Of a stretch of DNA of 32,773 nucleotides, positions 8,588 through 25,526 are shown in pieces. The translations under genes were made by a program, and so were the position numbers. Location of the stretch: contig DAIPIK010000001.1 in the NCBI GenBank assembly GCA_036770845.1, positions 1 to 32,773 on the forward strand, read 5' to 3'. Origin of the DNA: Polynucleobacter sp. (GTDB taxonomy: Bacteria; Pseudomonadota; Gammaproteobacteria; Burkholderiales; Burkholderiaceae). The notes below the pieces were generated by a model. That model saw only the letters and a program-made list of their open reading frames with translations. It had not been told where the DNA came from and ran no database searches. Within the stretch, counting starts at the first letter, position 1. Each line of letters starts with the position of its first letter.

Positions 8588-8784
8588 TGTGGATAAGTCT
8601 GTGGATATCATTTGTCTATGGCGCTTTTTGCTATTTTCACCTTGAAATGCACCAATAACGCTCTTTTTAACTGGCTTATCTAAAATTCAATAATATCAAT
8701 GACTTATATCTTGATATGGACAAGTTAATTGAAAATTAACCTCAATCCTACTGAATTAATCTTTTTGCTACTAACTGTGTATAA
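8588..8784. promoter_or_regulatory. DnaA-box cluster with IHF consensus site in hemE-priA intergenic region
   Basis: TGTGGATAA 8588-8596, TGTGGATAT 8600-8608, TGTGTATAA 8776-8784 (same orientation); TATCAATGACTTA 8694-8706 matches the IHF consensus; AT-rich. Confidence 0.75.
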
Positions 8785-8832
8785 CCCGAGGCGATCATGC
8801 AAGTAAACGCTTCTTTACTTCGCCAATTAGGG

Positions 8833-9939
8833 TTATCGGCGTAGCTTTTGCGACTGCTCAATAACCGCCTGGGCCAGCGCAGTGACGCTTTCGGGTGGGG
8901 TGAATTGGGAAATCCCATGGCCAAGATTAAAAACGTGGCCATCTAGAGAATGCAGCCCTGGCTTGAGTGCGGGTGCGCTCGCTAAATCGGCGAGCAACTT
9001 ACCTGCCTCTTGGGCAATTTTCTCCGGGCTGGAAAACAGAATTAATGGGTCTAGGTTTCCCTGGATAGCCAGTGGCTTGCCGGCTGCCAAGAGTGCTTTA
9101 CGCGCACGGCTTAAGGAAATGGTCCAATCTAGCCCAATGGCATCTGCGCCAACTTGGGCCATATCGTCTATCCACAGGCCGCCGCCTTTGGTAAAAATGA
9201 TGACCGGGATACGCTGACCTTCATGCTCTCTGGGCAGCAGGGCAATTACTTTTTGCATCGCAGCTAAGGATACCTGCTGGTACCAACCATCTGGCAGCAT
9301 GCCGCCCCAAGTATCAAAGATCATTAGCGCTTGCGCTCCTGCCTTCACTTGCTCAGTAAGGTAGGCGGCAACTGACTGAATATTAACCTCAAGAATGCGC
9401 TCCAATAAATCCGGGCGATCAAACATCATGGTCTTTGCGTGCCGGAACTCATCTGCGCTGGAGCCATCAATCATGTAGCAGGCTAAAGTCCAGGGGCTTC
9501 CCGAGAAACCAATCAAGGGCACGCGTTGCTTGCCATCCTGAATTAATGCCTTACGAATTTCAGATACGGCATCAAAAACGTAGGTCAACTCACCCATATC
9601 GGCAACACGTAACTTTTTTACGTCTGCCTCTGTACGTAGTGGGTGCTGGAAGCTGGGGCCTTCGCCAGCCGTAAATTGCAATCCAAGTCCCATCGCATCG
9701 GGAATCGTCAAAATATCGGAAAACAAAATGGCCGCATCCAGTGGATAGCGATCCAATGGCTGAAGGGTTACTTCGGTTGCGTATGCAGGAGTTTTAGCAA
9801 GACTTAAAAAACTACCTGCTTTTGCGCGCGTCGCATTGTATTCAGGAAGATAGCGACCGGCCTGACGCATTAGCCAAAGTGGCGTGCGATCAACTGGCTC
9901 TCCGAGACAGGCTTTGATAAACCGATCGTTTAGCAGCAC
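8833..9939 (-). CDS. hemE: Uroporphyrinogen decarboxylase
   Basis: [45 protein letters not shown]. Confidence 0.98.
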   Translation of the reverse strand: MLLNDRFIKACLGEPVDRTPLWLMRQAGRYLPEYNATRAKAGSFLSLAKTPAYATEVTLQPLDRYPLDAAILFSDILTIPDAMGLGLQFTAGEGPSFQHPLRTEADVKKLRVADMGELTYVFDAVSEIRKALIQDGKQRVPLIGFSGSPWTLACYMIDGSSADEFRHAKTMMFDRPDLLERILEVNIQSVAAYLTEQVKAGAQALMIFDTWGGMLPDGWYQQVSLAAMQKVIALLPREHEGQRIPVIIFTKGGGLWIDDMAQVGADAIGLDWTISLSRARKALLAAGKPLAIQGNLDPLILFSSPEKIAQEAGKLLADLASAPALKPGLHSLDGHVFNLGHGISQFTPPESVTALAQAVIEQSQKLRR

Positions 9940-9950
9940 TTGCGGTAACG

Positions 9951-10367
9951 TTATTTCTTGCGACGGAAACGAGTAATGGCCGCTAACTGAGCAGCAGCCA
10001 TAGCAAATTCAGACTGCGCTAAGGCTAAATCAAAATCGCTGCTGCGATTTTGCATGGCCTCTTCGGCGCGCCGTTTTGCCTCAAGTGCTTTGGCCTCATC
10101 TAAATCATGGCCACGGATAGCAGTATCGGCCAGCACAGTGACGTGATCGGGCTGCACTTCTAGGTAGCCGCCCGCTACGAAAACAAATTCTTCATCGCCA
10201 TCGGCTTTTTCAATGCGCACCGAACCAGGGCGAATGCGCGTGATTAACGGGGTGTGCCCACGCAAAATGCCGAGCTCACCATTTTCTCCGGGAAGGGCAA
10301 CAAACTTTGCCTCTCCACTAAAGATGGATTGCTCCGCACTAACAACATCGACGCGAATGGTAGACAT
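9951..10367 (-). CDS. atpC: F0F1 ATP synthase epsilon subunit
   Basis: [34 protein letters not shown]. Confidence 0.98.
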   Translation of the reverse strand: MSTIRVDVVSAEQSIFSGEAKFVALPGENGELGILRGHTPLITRIRPGSVRIEKADGDEEFVFVAGGYLEVQPDHVTVLADTAIRGHDLDEAKALEAKRRAEEAMQNRSSDFDLALAQSEFAMAAAQLAAITRFRRKK

Positions 10368-10385
10368 GGTTTCCTTGGTATTCGA

Positions 10386-12709
<2,324 letters not shown>

Positions 12710-12726
12710 GATGTATGCGTGCCCTC

Positions 12727-14268
12727 TTAGAAGGAGGCTGAGCGCTTGTAGTCCTCAATTGCAGCACGTAAAGCGGCTTCATCGTCTTTGCTCAAGTCTT
12801 TGGTTTCTTCAATGCGTCCAACTAAGTCTGCATATTTTGATTTGAGATGATCTTGCAAGCCTTTTTCAAATGCCAATACATTTTTTACTTCGAGATCGTC
12901 AAAGTAGCCGTTATTCATTGCATAAAGTGAGGCGGCCATTTCCCAAACTTGCAAGGGCTTGTACTGCGCCTGTTTACACAACTCTGTAACACGCTTACCG
13001 CGTTCGAGCTGCTTACGCGTTGCATCATCAAGGTCCGATGCAAACTGTGCAAACGCAGCTAACTCGCGGTACTGCGCTAGGTCGGTACGAATACCTCCAG
13101 ACAGTTTTTTAATTACTTTGGTTTGTGCGGCGCCGCCTACGCGGGACACTGAAATACCGGCGTTAATCGCTGGACGTACGCCTGCGTTAAAGAGATCGGT
13201 CTCTAAGAAGATCTGGCCGTCGGTAATTGAAATCACGTTGGTTGGAACGAAAGCAGAAACGTCACCTGCTTGGGTTTCAATAATAGGCAGGGCGGTTAGT
13301 GAGCCAGTCTTGCCTTTAACAGCACCATTGGTGAACTTCTCGACGTAATCGGCGTTCACACGTGCAGCGCGCTCCAACAAACGGGAGTGGAGATAGAACA
13401 CGTCGCCAGGATACGCTTCGCGGCCTGGTGGGCGGCGGAGTAACAAGGAAATCTGACGATAGGCAACCGCTTGCTTAGTTAAGTCGTCATACACAATCAA
13501 GGCATCCTCACCGCGATCGCGGAAGTATTCACCCATAGTACAGCCGGCATATGCTGAAAGGTACTGCATTGCAGCGGACTCGGAAGCGCTGGCAGCAACC
13601 ACGACGGTGTACTCCATTGCGCCGAGCTCTGTTAATTTGCGCACGACGTTTGCAATCGTCGATGCTTTTTGGCCAATCGCAACATAGACGCAATACACGC
13701 CTTTGCCTTTTTGGTTAATGATGGCATCCACAGCAACCGCAGTCTTACCAGTCTGACGGTCGCCAATGATGAGCTCGCGCTGACCACGGCCAATTGGAAC
13801 CATGGCATCAATCGCCTTCAAACCAGTTTGTACTGGCTGACTAACCGATTGACGTGCAATCACCCCTGGGGCTACTTTTTCAATAAAGTCGGTTAACTTG
13901 GCATTGACCGGGCCTTTGCCATCAATTGGCTGTCCCAAGGCATCCACAACTCGGCCTAGGAGCTCTGGGCCAACTGGAACCTCCAGAATGCGCCCCGTGC
14001 ATTTCACTGGATCGCCTTCTTTAATGTGAGTGTACTCACCGAGTACAACCGCACCAACCGAATCGCGCTCTAAGTTCAGTGCAAGGCCAATGGTATTACC
14101 AGGGAACTCCAACATTTCCCCTTGCATCACGCCAGACAAACCATACACGCGGCAAATACCGTCGGTTACTGAAATAACGGTGCCTTGGTTGCGCAGCTGG
14201 GAGTCGACTCCCATCTCACTAATTCGGCTCTTGATCAGTTCGCTGATCTCGGAAGGGTTCAGTTGCAT
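12727..14268 (-). CDS. atpA: F0F1 ATP synthase alpha subunit
   Basis: MQLNPSEIS start after [29 protein letters not shown]. Confidence 0.99.
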   Translation of the reverse strand: MQLNPSEISELIKSRISEMGVDSQLRNQGTVISVTDGICRVYGLSGVMQGEMLEFPGNTIGLALNLERDSVGAVVLGEYTHIKEGDPVKCTGRILEVPVGPELLGRVVDALGQPIDGKGPVNAKLTDFIEKVAPGVIARQSVSQPVQTGLKAIDAMVPIGRGQRELIIGDRQTGKTAVAVDAIINQKGKGVYCVYVAIGQKASTIANVVRKLTELGAMEYTVVVAASASESAAMQYLSAYAGCTMGEYFRDRGEDALIVYDDLTKQAVAYRQISLLLRRPPGREAYPGDVFYLHSRLLERAARVNADYVEKFTNGAVKGKTGSLTALPIIETQAGDVSAFVPTNVISITDGQIFLETDLFNAGVRPAINAGISVSRVGGAAQTKVIKKLSGGIRTDLAQYRELAAFAQFASDLDDATRKQLERGKRVTELCKQAQYKPLQVWEMAASLYAMNNGYFDDLEVKNVLAFEKGLQDHLKSKYADLVGRIEETKDLSKDDEAALRAAIEDYKRSASF

Positions 14269-14310
14269 CAATTACTCCTGGATATTATTTCGTATGTTCT
14301 TAGTAAAAGG

Positions 14311-14847
14311 TTATGCGTTTAGGCTTGCTTGCATTGTGGCCAACTGAGCCCTAACCGTGCTGTCGATCACCTGGTCACCAACTTGAACTCGGACGCCACC
14401 AATTAAACTGGGATCCACTTCAATTGTTGGGCGCAATTCCTTGCCGCCAAAACGCTTTTTCAAACTGATTAATAAACTGCTTAATGCATCGCCCTCAAGC
14501 GGAAATGCGCTGGTAATGATTACCTCTGCAGCGCCTTCACTTTGATTTTTTAAAACCTCAAACTGGGCTGCAATTTCGGACATCGCCGCTAGTCGATGAT
14601 TTTGATTAACCAAACGCAAGAATGAATTTACTTTGTCGTCTAATTTAGTCTTAACCACACCGCTCAATAGCGTGCTGAGCGCATCCGCTGAAATTTTTGG
14701 ATTGTTAGCCAATACAGCCACATCCGGCATTTCCGACAGCTGTGCTAGTTCGGTCAACTGAACCAAGGTGGTGCCCAGCTCGGAAGGTTTTACGCTTGAG
14801 AAAAGCGCCTCTGCGTAAGGACGTGCAATGGTAGCTAAATCAGCCAT
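14311..14847 (-). CDS. atpH: F0F1 ATP synthase delta subunit
   Basis: TIARPYAEALF, VDPSLIGG..V.VGD.VID. Confidence 0.97.
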   Translation of the reverse strand: MADLATIARPYAEALFSSVKPSELGTTLVQLTELAQLSEMPDVAVLANNPKISADALSTLLSGVVKTKLDDKVNSFLRLVNQNHRLAAMSEIAAQFEVLKNQSEGAAEVIITSAFPLEGDALSSLLISLKKRFGGKELRPTIEVDPSLIGGVRVQVGDQVIDSTVRAQLATMQASLNA

Positions 14848-14848
14848 A

Positions 14849-15319
14849 TTAGAGCTCTGCCTTGAGTTGGTCTAGCAAGGCGGCGTGAGCCTTTGGATCC
14901 ACTTCGCGGCGCAAAATTTGCTCGGCCCCACGGACTGCCAAGTTTGCAACTTCGGCTCGCAACACATCGCGTGCCCGGGATACTTGTTGTTCTGCGTCTT
15001 GCTTCGCTTGATTAATAATGCGCGCCGCTTCTGCCTGTGCATTACTACGAATCTCATCCGCACTAAGCTGTGCACGCTTTTCTGCTTCGGCTACGCGCTG
15101 TCCGCCTTCTTGGCGAGCACGCACTAACTCTTGCTCGGCCAGTTTTGATGCGGAAGCAAGATCAGCCTTGCCGCGCTCAGCGGCTGCTAGGCCTTCTGCA
15201 ACTTTGGTGGCGCGCTCGTCTAAGGCTTTTACTAAGGGAGGCCACACAAAGCGTGCAACTACCCACCATAAAATGAAGAAGACGATCATTTGCGCGAATA
15301 GGGTCGCGTTCAGATTCAC
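14849..15319 (-). CDS. atpF: F0F1 ATP synthase subunit b
   Basis: [20 protein letters not shown], coiled coil; GTG start after AAGGA. Confidence 0.98.
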   Translation of the reverse strand: MNLNATLFAQMIVFFILWWVVARFVWPPLVKALDERATKVAEGLAAAERGKADLASASKLAEQELVRARQEGGQRVAEAEKRAQLSADEIRSNAQAEAARIINQAKQDAEQQVSRARDVLRAEVANLAVRGAEQILRREVDPKAHAALLDQLKAEL

Positions 15320-15381
15320 GGTATTCCTTTCGGTATTGTTAAGAACGTGCGGATAACACAGCGTTACCCGCGTCAGAACAA

Positions 15382-16590
<1,209 letters not shown>

Positions 16591-17082
16591 TTAACGCCAA
16601 AACAGCCCAAGCAGATAACATTTGAGCGTGACAATATATGTCAGCAGCAGCGGTATCCACTTTAATTCTGCGTAGTTAAACGCCAACCAAATAAACATTG
16701 CGATTGTAGCGGTAATTTTTATTACTTCACCAGAAACAAGCGCTGACAAAAAACCGCCAGAGGTGAGGCGCTGAGCACCTCTTGCAACTTCTAAGCGGAG
16801 CAAAAACAGTACAGCAGGCAAAACGCCAATTAACCCACCTAAAATTGCCGAGTAAGTATAAACGCTAATGCGGCCGTCGTCCCAAAATATACAAGCAATG
16901 AGTGCCCCTACGGCTGTTGCTGCTACTTGAGCGGCCACTACCCCCCACGGCAGCGTAAATCTACTTTTGCCCTTATTGGTTTGCAATAGCGCTTGCATTT
17001 CTTCGCTGCTATACACCCGAAAGGGCTCTTCTGGGTCCTTCCACGGGTCTTCAGCGTTCGGTTGATTGCTTGGCGCTTTCAA
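16591..17082 (-). CDS. atpI: ATP synthase protein I (start uncertain)
   Basis: Four TM segments, GEVIKI motif, immediately upstream of atpB. Confidence 0.85.
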   Translation of the reverse strand: MKAPSNQPNAEDPWKDPEEPFRVYSSEEMQALLQTNKGKSRFTLPWGVVAAQVAATAVGALIACIFWDDGRISVYTYSAILGGLIGVLPAVLFLLRLEVARGAQRLTSGGFLSALVSGEVIKITATIAMFIWLAFNYAELKWIPLLLTYIVTLKCYLLGLFWR

Positions 17083-17107
17083 ATAGATCTCTTAACTTAT
17101 CTCGTGT

Positions 17108-17992
17108 TTACGTTTCAATACCTAGTTTTTTTAAAAGGGCATCCAGTTCATCCGCTTTGCTGAAACGTATCCGCAACTCTCCGCCTTTGCCTTTAAGCTT
17201 AAATTCGGCGCTTAGGCCAATTAGATCTGCAATTTCGCGCGATAGGCGCTGCAAATCAGGATCTGCGGCGGCGGAGTCGGCCGCTTTTTTGGGCTTCTTC
17301 GCGCCCATTTGCCCGCCAGCACGTGCAAGCACCGCTGATAAACGCTCGGCCTCCCGCACTGAAAGCCCTTGAGCCATGATTTTTTGCGCCAGCGCAACCT
17401 GGGACGCTCCCGGCAATGGAAGCAGGGCGCGCGCATGGCCCATATCAATATCACCGGCCAGCAACATGGCCTGAACTGGCTTTGCCAGTTGGGCCAGGCG
17501 TAATAAGTTGCTGATGGCGCTTCTTGATTTGCCGACGGACTTTGCTGCCTGTTCGTGTGTAAACCCAAATTCCTCAATCAGGCGCGCCAATCCCTGCGAC
17601 TCCTCTAGGGGGTTTAAATCCTCGCGCTGCATGTTTTCAATGAGCGCCATTGCTGCCGCGCCCTTATCGTCTGCCAGGGATACTAGGACTGGAACCTCGG
17701 TAAGCCCGGCTATGGTGGCAGCCCTAAAGCGGCGCTCTCCGGCAATAATTTCATATTTACCCGCAGAAATTGCGCGCACCAAGAGGGGTTGCATGACGCC
17801 TTGTTCGCGAATGCTTTCAGCCAACTCCTGAAGCGGGCCTGAGTCCATTTTTTGGCGTGGCTGGTATTTGCCAGCCTGCAGCACGCTGAGGGGCAAGCGT
17901 GTTATGGGTGCGTCAGCCTGGTCCGGTTTTGATTTTTCGCCCAGCAAGGCCTCAAGGCCACGGCCAAGGCCTTTTTTCTTCATTGTGCTCAT
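17108..17992 (-). CDS. parB: Chromosome partitioning protein ParB
   Basis: KGLGRGLEALL, YQPR, IIAGERRFRA, ENMQREDLNPLEE, HTH. Confidence 0.98.
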   Translation of the reverse strand: MSTMKKKGLGRGLEALLGEKSKPDQADAPITRLPLSVLQAGKYQPRQKMDSGPLQELAESIREQGVMQPLLVRAISAGKYEIIAGERRFRAATIAGLTEVPVLVSLADDKGAAAMALIENMQREDLNPLEESQGLARLIEEFGFTHEQAAKSVGKSRSAISNLLRLAQLAKPVQAMLLAGDIDMGHARALLPLPGASQVALAQKIMAQGLSVREAERLSAVLARAGGQMGAKKPKKAADSAAADPDLQRLSREIADLIGLSAEFKLKGKGGELRIRFSKADELDALLKKLGIET

Positions 17993-18005
17993 GGTATTTG
18001 ATCAA

Positions 18006-18776
18006 TCACATTTGTTGAATTCGTTGAATCATTTCTGCACCAAAATCCAAGTACGCCTTGGCGCCGCGCGACGAACTATCAAAAGAAACTCCTGGCAAAC
18101 CATACGAGGGGGCTTCTGCCAGGCGAACGTTGCGCGGAATGATTGTTTTAAATACTTTGTCCCCAAAGTGTTCTAGCAATTGCTCTGAAACCTGTTGCTG
18201 CAAGGTCATGCGCGGATCAAACATCACCCGCAATAAGCCAATAATCATCAGATCTGGATTGAGATTGGCATGCACTTGTTTGATGGTGTTCACCAAGTCC
18301 GACAGGCCCTCTAAAGCAAAGTATTCACATTGCATCGGCACAATGACGCCGTTAGCGGCACAAAGGCCATTGAGTGTCAGCAAGGAGAGTGCGGGCGGGC
18401 AATCAATCAAAATGAAGTCATACTCATCGCCCACCAAAGCCAGTGCGGTCTTGAGGCGTAGCTCGCGCTCATCAAGGTCTACTAGCTCAATTTCTGCGCC
18501 AGCTAAATCGCGGTTTGCTGGTAAGACATCATATCCGGCACTTTCGCAACGCTGCACAGAAGCCGCCACCGTTGCCTGCCCAATCAGCACCTGATAGATG
18601 CTCATATCAAGTTCAGCTTTTTCAATGCCAGAACCCATGGTTGCATTGCCTTGTGGGTCCAAATCAACCAGCAATACGCGTTGCTTATGCCCCGCCAGAC
18701 CGGCGGCTAAATTCACCGCTGTCGTGGTTTTTCCAACGCCGCCCTTTTGATTTGCAATGCAGAATATTTTGGCCAT
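18006..18776 (-). CDS. parA: Chromosome partitioning ATPase ParA/Soj
   Basis: NQKGGVGKTT, DLDPQGNAT, IDCPP, IPRNVRLAEAPS. Confidence 0.98.
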   Translation of the reverse strand: MAKIFCIANQKGGVGKTTTAVNLAAGLAGHKQRVLLVDLDPQGNATMGSGIEKAELDMSIYQVLIGQATVAASVQRCESAGYDVLPANRDLAGAEIELVDLDERELRLKTALALVGDEYDFILIDCPPALSLLTLNGLCAANGVIVPMQCEYFALEGLSDLVNTIKQVHANLNPDLMIIGLLRVMFDPRMTLQQQVSEQLLEHFGDKVFKTIIPRNVRLAEAPSYGLPGVSFDSSSRGAKAYLDFGAEMIQRIQQM

Positions 18777-18791
18777 TATTTTTATTTGCCC

Positions 18792-19454
18792 TTAAGAAGT
18801 GATTTTCGCATGGGGCGTAAAGACCAACAGTCTCCGCTCTGCTGTGCTGTTGGGTATAACTACAATTCGATCTGCCAAAAGCCGCCAGCGCTCAGTCGAT
18901 ATGGCCGAGAGCTCTTCATCGGCTCGCCTTGCCTTCATGGCAAACACTAAGCCGCCTGGCTTCAAAAAGGGCTCTGCCAAATCTAAAAAACGGTCTAGGC
19001 TTGTAAATGCCCTTGAAATAACCGCATCGTACTTACCGGGCTCTTGAATTGCGACCTGCTCCACGCGATCGCTATAGATGGATGCATTGCTAAGACCAAG
19101 TTTGCCCTTCACATTCTGCAGAAAAGCCGTTTTCTTGCGAACCGCCTCAATCAGGCTAATGCGCCAATTGGGCTCAGCAATTGCAATCGGAATTGCTGGC
19201 AAACCCCCGCCGGACCCAAGATCTGCAATCTGTACTTGTGTAGTGGGTAGAAATTCACGCATTATTGGTAAAATTGCAATAGAATCAATGAGATGTAAAT
19301 CAATACTAGCCTGCTCGCCCTCAACCGAAGTTAGGTTATGCACGCGATTCCAGCGCCCGAGCTCTTGCAGGAAGGTATTTAAATCGGCCACTTGTTTGTG
19401 CGACAAGGCCAAACCAAGCTCAGCAACACCAAGCTCAAGACCCGCCTCCCTCAC
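18792..19454 (-). CDS. rsmG: 16S rRNA m7G527 methyltransferase (GidB)
   Basis: [31 protein letters not shown] overlap with mnmG stop. Confidence 0.96.
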   Translation of the reverse strand: MREAGLELGVAELGLALSHKQVADLNTFLQELGRWNRVHNLTSVEGEQASIDLHLIDSIAILPIMREFLPTTQVQIADLGSGGGLPAIPIAIAEPNWRISLIEAVRKKTAFLQNVKGKLGLSNASIYSDRVEQVAIQEPGKYDAVISRAFTSLDRFLDLAEPFLKPGGLVFAMKARRADEELSAISTERWRLLADRIVVIPNSTAERRLLVFTPHAKITS

Positions 19455-21364
19455 GCCGACTCATGGGACTTGCCAATGCCCCGCTTTAAATGCACTAACA
19501 ATAAAGAAATGGCGGCTGGCGTGACCCCCGATATGCGCGCAGCTTGCCCCAAGGTTTCTGGTTTTTGCGCGCCTAGCTTCTGCTGAACTTCTTTAGATAG
19601 CCCCCGAACCAGGCTGTAATCCAATGCCTCTGGCAATGGATAGCCCTCATTAAACTCTTGCCGGGCGATTTCCAGGGCCTGCCGCTCAATGTAACCCGCA
19701 TATTTAATCGAGATCTCAACCTGATCCTGGATTTGCTGATTTAGGTTCGGATCCGCATCGAGCTGTGGCGTAGACCCGTCATAGGCTTCAGATAGGGATG
19801 TATAGCTAACTGTAGGCCGCTTCAAAATGTCCGCCAAGCTGGCCTCATGGGACAACTCTTGCCCCAAAAGCAGAGCCAAGGATTGTGCTGAGGCATGCTT
19901 TGGGCTCACCCAAGCATCCTTAAGTCGCATTGTTTCACGTGAAACAGCGTCCCTTTTCTTACAAAAGAACGTCCAGCGCGCATCATCCACTAAGCCGAAC
20001 GATCTTCCAATCTCGGTTAGGCGCAAATCTGCATTGTCTTCTCTGAGGCTAAGCCGATACTCGGCCCGGCTTGTAAACATGCGATAGGGTTCTTGTACGC
20101 CCCGAGTAATAAGGTCGTCTACCAAAACCCCGATATAGGATTCGCTGCGCTTGGGCGCCCAAGGCGAGAGACCCTTGGCGGCAAGCCCTGCATTCATTCC
20201 GGCAAGCAAGCCTTGGGCTGCAGCCTCCTCATACCCGGTTGTGCCATTAATTTGGCCAGCAAAATAAAGCCCTTGAATGGCCTTAGTTTCTAGGCTATGC
20301 CGTAATTGGCGCGGATCAAAAAAATCGTACTCAATGGCATAGCCGGGGCGCACGATGTTGGCATTTTCCAGGCCCCGAATGCTGCGCACCAGATCCCATT
20401 GCACATCGAAGGGCAGGCTGGTTGAGATTCCGTTCGGGTAATACTCGTTGGTTGTCAGGCCTTCGGGCTCTAAAAAAATTTGGTGGCTATTTTTAGAGGC
20501 AAAGCGATGAATTTTGTCTTCAATCGAGGGGCAGTAGCGCGGTCCAACGCCCTCAATAACGCCGGTATACATGGGCGAACGGTCTAGACCTCCGCGAATA
20601 ATGTCGTGGGTCGCTTCGTTTGTATGGGTAATCCAACAGGGAACCTGCCTAGGGTGCTGCTCGGGTCGTCCCAGATAAGAAAAGCAGGGCACAGGGTCAA
20701 GATCCCCTGGCTGCTCTAGCATCACTGAAAAATCAATGCTTCTGCCATCAATTCGAGGGGGGGTGCCGGTTTTGAGGCGCCCCTGCGGCAAAGCAAGGTC
20801 TTTTAACCGCGCCGAGAGGGTTAGTGCCGCGGGATCGCCAGCGCGGCCGCCCGAATGGCTATTGAGCCCTACGTGTATCTTGCCGTCTAAAAATGTGCCG
20901 GCTGTCAGCACAACCTGGCTGGCCATAAACTCAAGGCCGGATTGGGTGCGTACGCCAATCACACAAGCGCCTGCAACAAGCAGGTCATCTACCGCCGCCT
21001 GAAAAAGGCTCAAATTCGCTTGATTTTCCAGCCGCCGGCGAATGGCCGCTTTATAGAGAATGCGATCGCCTTGGGCGCGCGTTGCCCGAACGGCAGGGCC
21101 CTTACTGCTGTTTAATATACGAAACTGAATGCCGGCCTCATCAGTGGCCGCAGCCATTGCACCGCCCAGCGCATCGATTTCTTTTACTAAATGGCCCTTA
21201 CCAATGCCCCCAATCGACGGGTTGCAGCTCATTGCCCCCAACGTTTCAATGCTGTGGGTGAGAAGAAGGGTGTCACAGCCCATGCGTGCAGAGGCCAGGG
21301 CGGCCTCGGTACCTGCGTGCCCACCGCCAATCACTATCACATCGAATTTTTTAGAGTACCGCAT
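19451..21364 (-). CDS. mnmG: tRNA uridine 5-carboxymethylaminomethyl modification enzyme (GidA)
   Basis: [48 protein letters not shown] 21364 after GAGG RBS. Confidence 0.98.
   Translation of the reverse strand: MRYSKKFDVIVIGGGHAGTEAALASARMGCDTLLLTHSIETLGAMSCNPSIGGIGKGHLVKEIDALGGAMAAATDEAGIQFRILNSSKGPAVRATRAQGDRILYKAAIRRRLENQANLSLFQAAVDDLLVAGACVIGVRTQSGLEFMASQVVLTAGTFLDGKIHVGLNSHSGGRAGDPAALTLSARLKDLALPQGRLKTGTPPRIDGRSIDFSVMLEQPGDLDPVPCFSYLGRPEQHPRQVPCWITHTNEATHDIIRGGLDRSPMYTGVIEGVGPRYCPSIEDKIHRFASKNSHQIFLEPEGLTTNEYYPNGISTSLPFDVQWDLVRSIRGLENANIVRPGYAIEYDFFDPRQLRHSLETKAIQGLYFAGQINGTTGYEEAAAQGLLAGMNAGLAAKGLSPWAPKRSESYIGVLVDDLITRGVQEPYRMFTSRAEYRLSLREDNADLRLTEIGRSFGLVDDARWTFFCKKRDAVSRETMRLKDAWVSPKHASAQSLALLLGQELSHEASLADILKRPTVSYTSLSEAYDGSTPQLDADPNLNQQIQDQVEISIKYAGYIERQALEIARQEFNEGYPLPEALDYSLVRGLSKEVQQKLGAQKPETLGQAARISGVTPAAISLLLVHLKRGIGKSHESA
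19931..19946. promoter_or_regulatory. parS: parS centromere site (within mnmG)
   Basis: Exact TGTTTCACGTGAAACA palindrome. Confidence 0.93.
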
Positions 21365-21404
21365 GGTTTGCCTCAATAAGGGCAATGATCATATCATTTT
21401 GCCT

Positions 21405-21420
21405 TGTTTCACGTGAAACA
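21405..21420. promoter_or_regulatory. parS: parS centromere site (mnmG promoter region)
   Basis: Exact TGTTTCACGTGAAACA palindrome; extended -10 TGaTATGAT on minus strand at 21396-21388. Confidence 0.93.
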
Positions 21421-21466
21421 AGGGCATATTAGTTTGTACAAATATAAAGCTAATTCCTTGATTTAA

Positions 21467-22255
21467 TTAGGAAAAATAGGCATCCCAAGCGGACTTTAAG
21501 ATTAAGGCGGAAACGAAAATCAGGAAGGCTTTGCGCACAAAGCTGCTGCCGTGCTTGATTGCAAGGCGGCTGCCAAAATGACTTCCGGCAATATTTGCGA
21601 TCATCATTGCAAAACCAAGTGTCCAGCTTATTTTGCCCAAGCCGCCCAACATAACAATCGATGCCAAATTTGTCGACACATTAACCAGCTTTGTGGCGGC
21701 AGACGCATGCAGAAAATCAAACTGAAAAAAGCGCACAAAGCCAAACAATAGGAAGCTTCCTGTGCCAGGCCCAAAAAACCCATCATAGAAACCCACCACC
21801 AAACCCAAGCCAACCCCCTTGAGCTGCAATAAGCGGCTATGCGCGCCGGGCCGGTGGTCCTGACCAAGCGACGGTTGAAAAAAAGTGTAGATAAGCAAAA
21901 AAAACAACAAGAATGGCAGCGCCTTGCGCAGCGGCTCGGCGGGAAACACACTGACTGCGGCGGCGCCGAAAAGCGCACCAACAAAACCCGCAATAATCGC
22001 TGGAACAATCAGCGCCCAGGGCAAACGTACATAGCGTAAGTATTTGCGGGCCGCATTGATGGTGCCCCCAATGGCGGAAACCTTATTCGTACCCAACAAA
22101 GTGGCTGGCTGGACTTCAGGGTAAGCAGCAAAAAGAGCGGGCACCTGAATGAGGCCGCCGCCGCCTGCGACCGCATCGACTAAGCCAGCAAAGAAAGAAG
22201 CCGCCAATAGTAGGGGCCACAAATAGAAAGAAAATTCAATGGCCGCTTCAAGCAA
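21467..22255 (-). CDS. TSUP (TauE/SafE, YfcA-like) transporter
   Basis: AGLVDAVAGGGGLI, GTNK, GFYDGFFGPGTGSF; multiple TM helices. Confidence 0.9.
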   Translation of the reverse strand: MLEAAIEFSFYLWPLLLAASFFAGLVDAVAGGGGLIQVPALFAAYPEVQPATLLGTNKVSAIGGTINAARKYLRYVRLPWALIVPAIIAGFVGALFGAAAVSVFPAEPLRKALPFLLFFLLIYTFFQPSLGQDHRPGAHSRLLQLKGVGLGLVVGFYDGFFGPGTGSFLLFGFVRFFQFDFLHASAATKLVNVSTNLASIVMLGGLGKISWTLGFAMMIANIAGSHFGSRLAIKHGSSFVRKAFLIFVSALILKSAWDAYFS

Positions 22256-22296
22256 GGCAACATCCTGTGCTCTTTAGTAAACGTGGCCGAACCACA

Positions 22297-22506
22297 CTAC
22301 CGCGCAAGAAATACTTTCAATGCGCTGCGCGCAGTTTCATCCAGTACGTCCAGGGGAATGCGGGCAGAACCCTGAACAATCATCATCGCGTAAGGCTTTG
22401 CCAAGGCAGAAGCTTCGGCACACAACTGCAGCGCCTCGCCCGATGCGGGGGATTGATTGCGCCAATAATTAATTGCCGCCTCTAATTCTTGAATGGACAC
22501 AAACAT
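22297..22506 (-). CDS. DUF3717-like small protein
   Basis: I.ELEAAINYWR..SP...L..LC.EA.ALA.PYA.MI pattern recognised from Burkholderiales DUF3717. Confidence 0.8.
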   Translation of the reverse strand: MFVSIQELEAAINYWRNQSPASGEALQLCAEASALAKPYAMMIVQGSARIPLDVLDETARSALKVFLAR

Positions 22507-22518
22507 AGTGCAGCCGTT

Positions 22519-23013
22519 TTACTTATCGCGCTTGGCAAGCATGGTGCCTCTGCAGCGCTTGGCGCCACAACGGCATTCATAATCTTTTTTCATTTGTTTC
22601 GTACGGCGGCCTTCGACATCAAGTGAGTAGTCATAAAACAGTTCCTCGCCTGGCTTTAAATCACGCCTAGCAAATATAAATACACGAGGCATGTCTTCGT
22701 ATGAGCCCTCTTGCGCTTCGCAATTGGGTTTACATGAATGATTGATCCAGCGGGCTGCATTACCACCGCAATTGGCATCGATCACGCGACCGCTCTCCAA
22801 AGAAAAATAAAAGGTGTGATTTGGCTCATCTGGATTGTGTGGGTGGCGACGTTCGGCCTCCTTCCAGCTAATGCGCTCACCTTCATACTCAATCAAGGCG
22901 GTGCCTTTTTTAATGGCAACTTTTGCAAACACGCCCTTGCCATGAATAGGGGAGGAGCGGACCACAATAGCAGCGCGGTTTACCTTGGGCAACTTCAACT
23001 TACTTTTTTTCAT
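22519..23013 (-). CDS. SET-domain lysine methyltransferase with post-SET Zn site
   Basis: IHGKGVFA, ARWINHSC.PN, GEELFYDY, CRCGAKRCRG. Confidence 0.95.
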   Translation of the reverse strand: MKKSKLKLPKVNRAAIVVRSSPIHGKGVFAKVAIKKGTALIEYEGERISWKEAERRHPHNPDEPNHTFYFSLESGRVIDANCGGNAARWINHSCKPNCEAQEGSYEDMPRVFIFARRDLKPGEELFYDYSLDVEGRRTKQMKKDYECRCGAKRCRGTMLAKRDK

Positions 23014-23016
23014 GCA

Positions 23017-25521
<2,505 letters not shown>

Positions 25522-25526
25522 CTAAT

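Noticed and set aside
8748..8942. 64-aa ORF overlapping the hemE end
   Set aside because: Out-of-frame overlap, no motifs, and it runs over a DnaA box
15348..15356. TGCGGATAA as a DnaA box
   Set aside because: Isolated 8/9 match forming one arm of the atpE-atpF hairpin
21365..21385. TTG start of mnmG at 21385
   Set aside because: It lies too close to the -10 box; ATG 21364 has an RBS and gives a typical N-terminus
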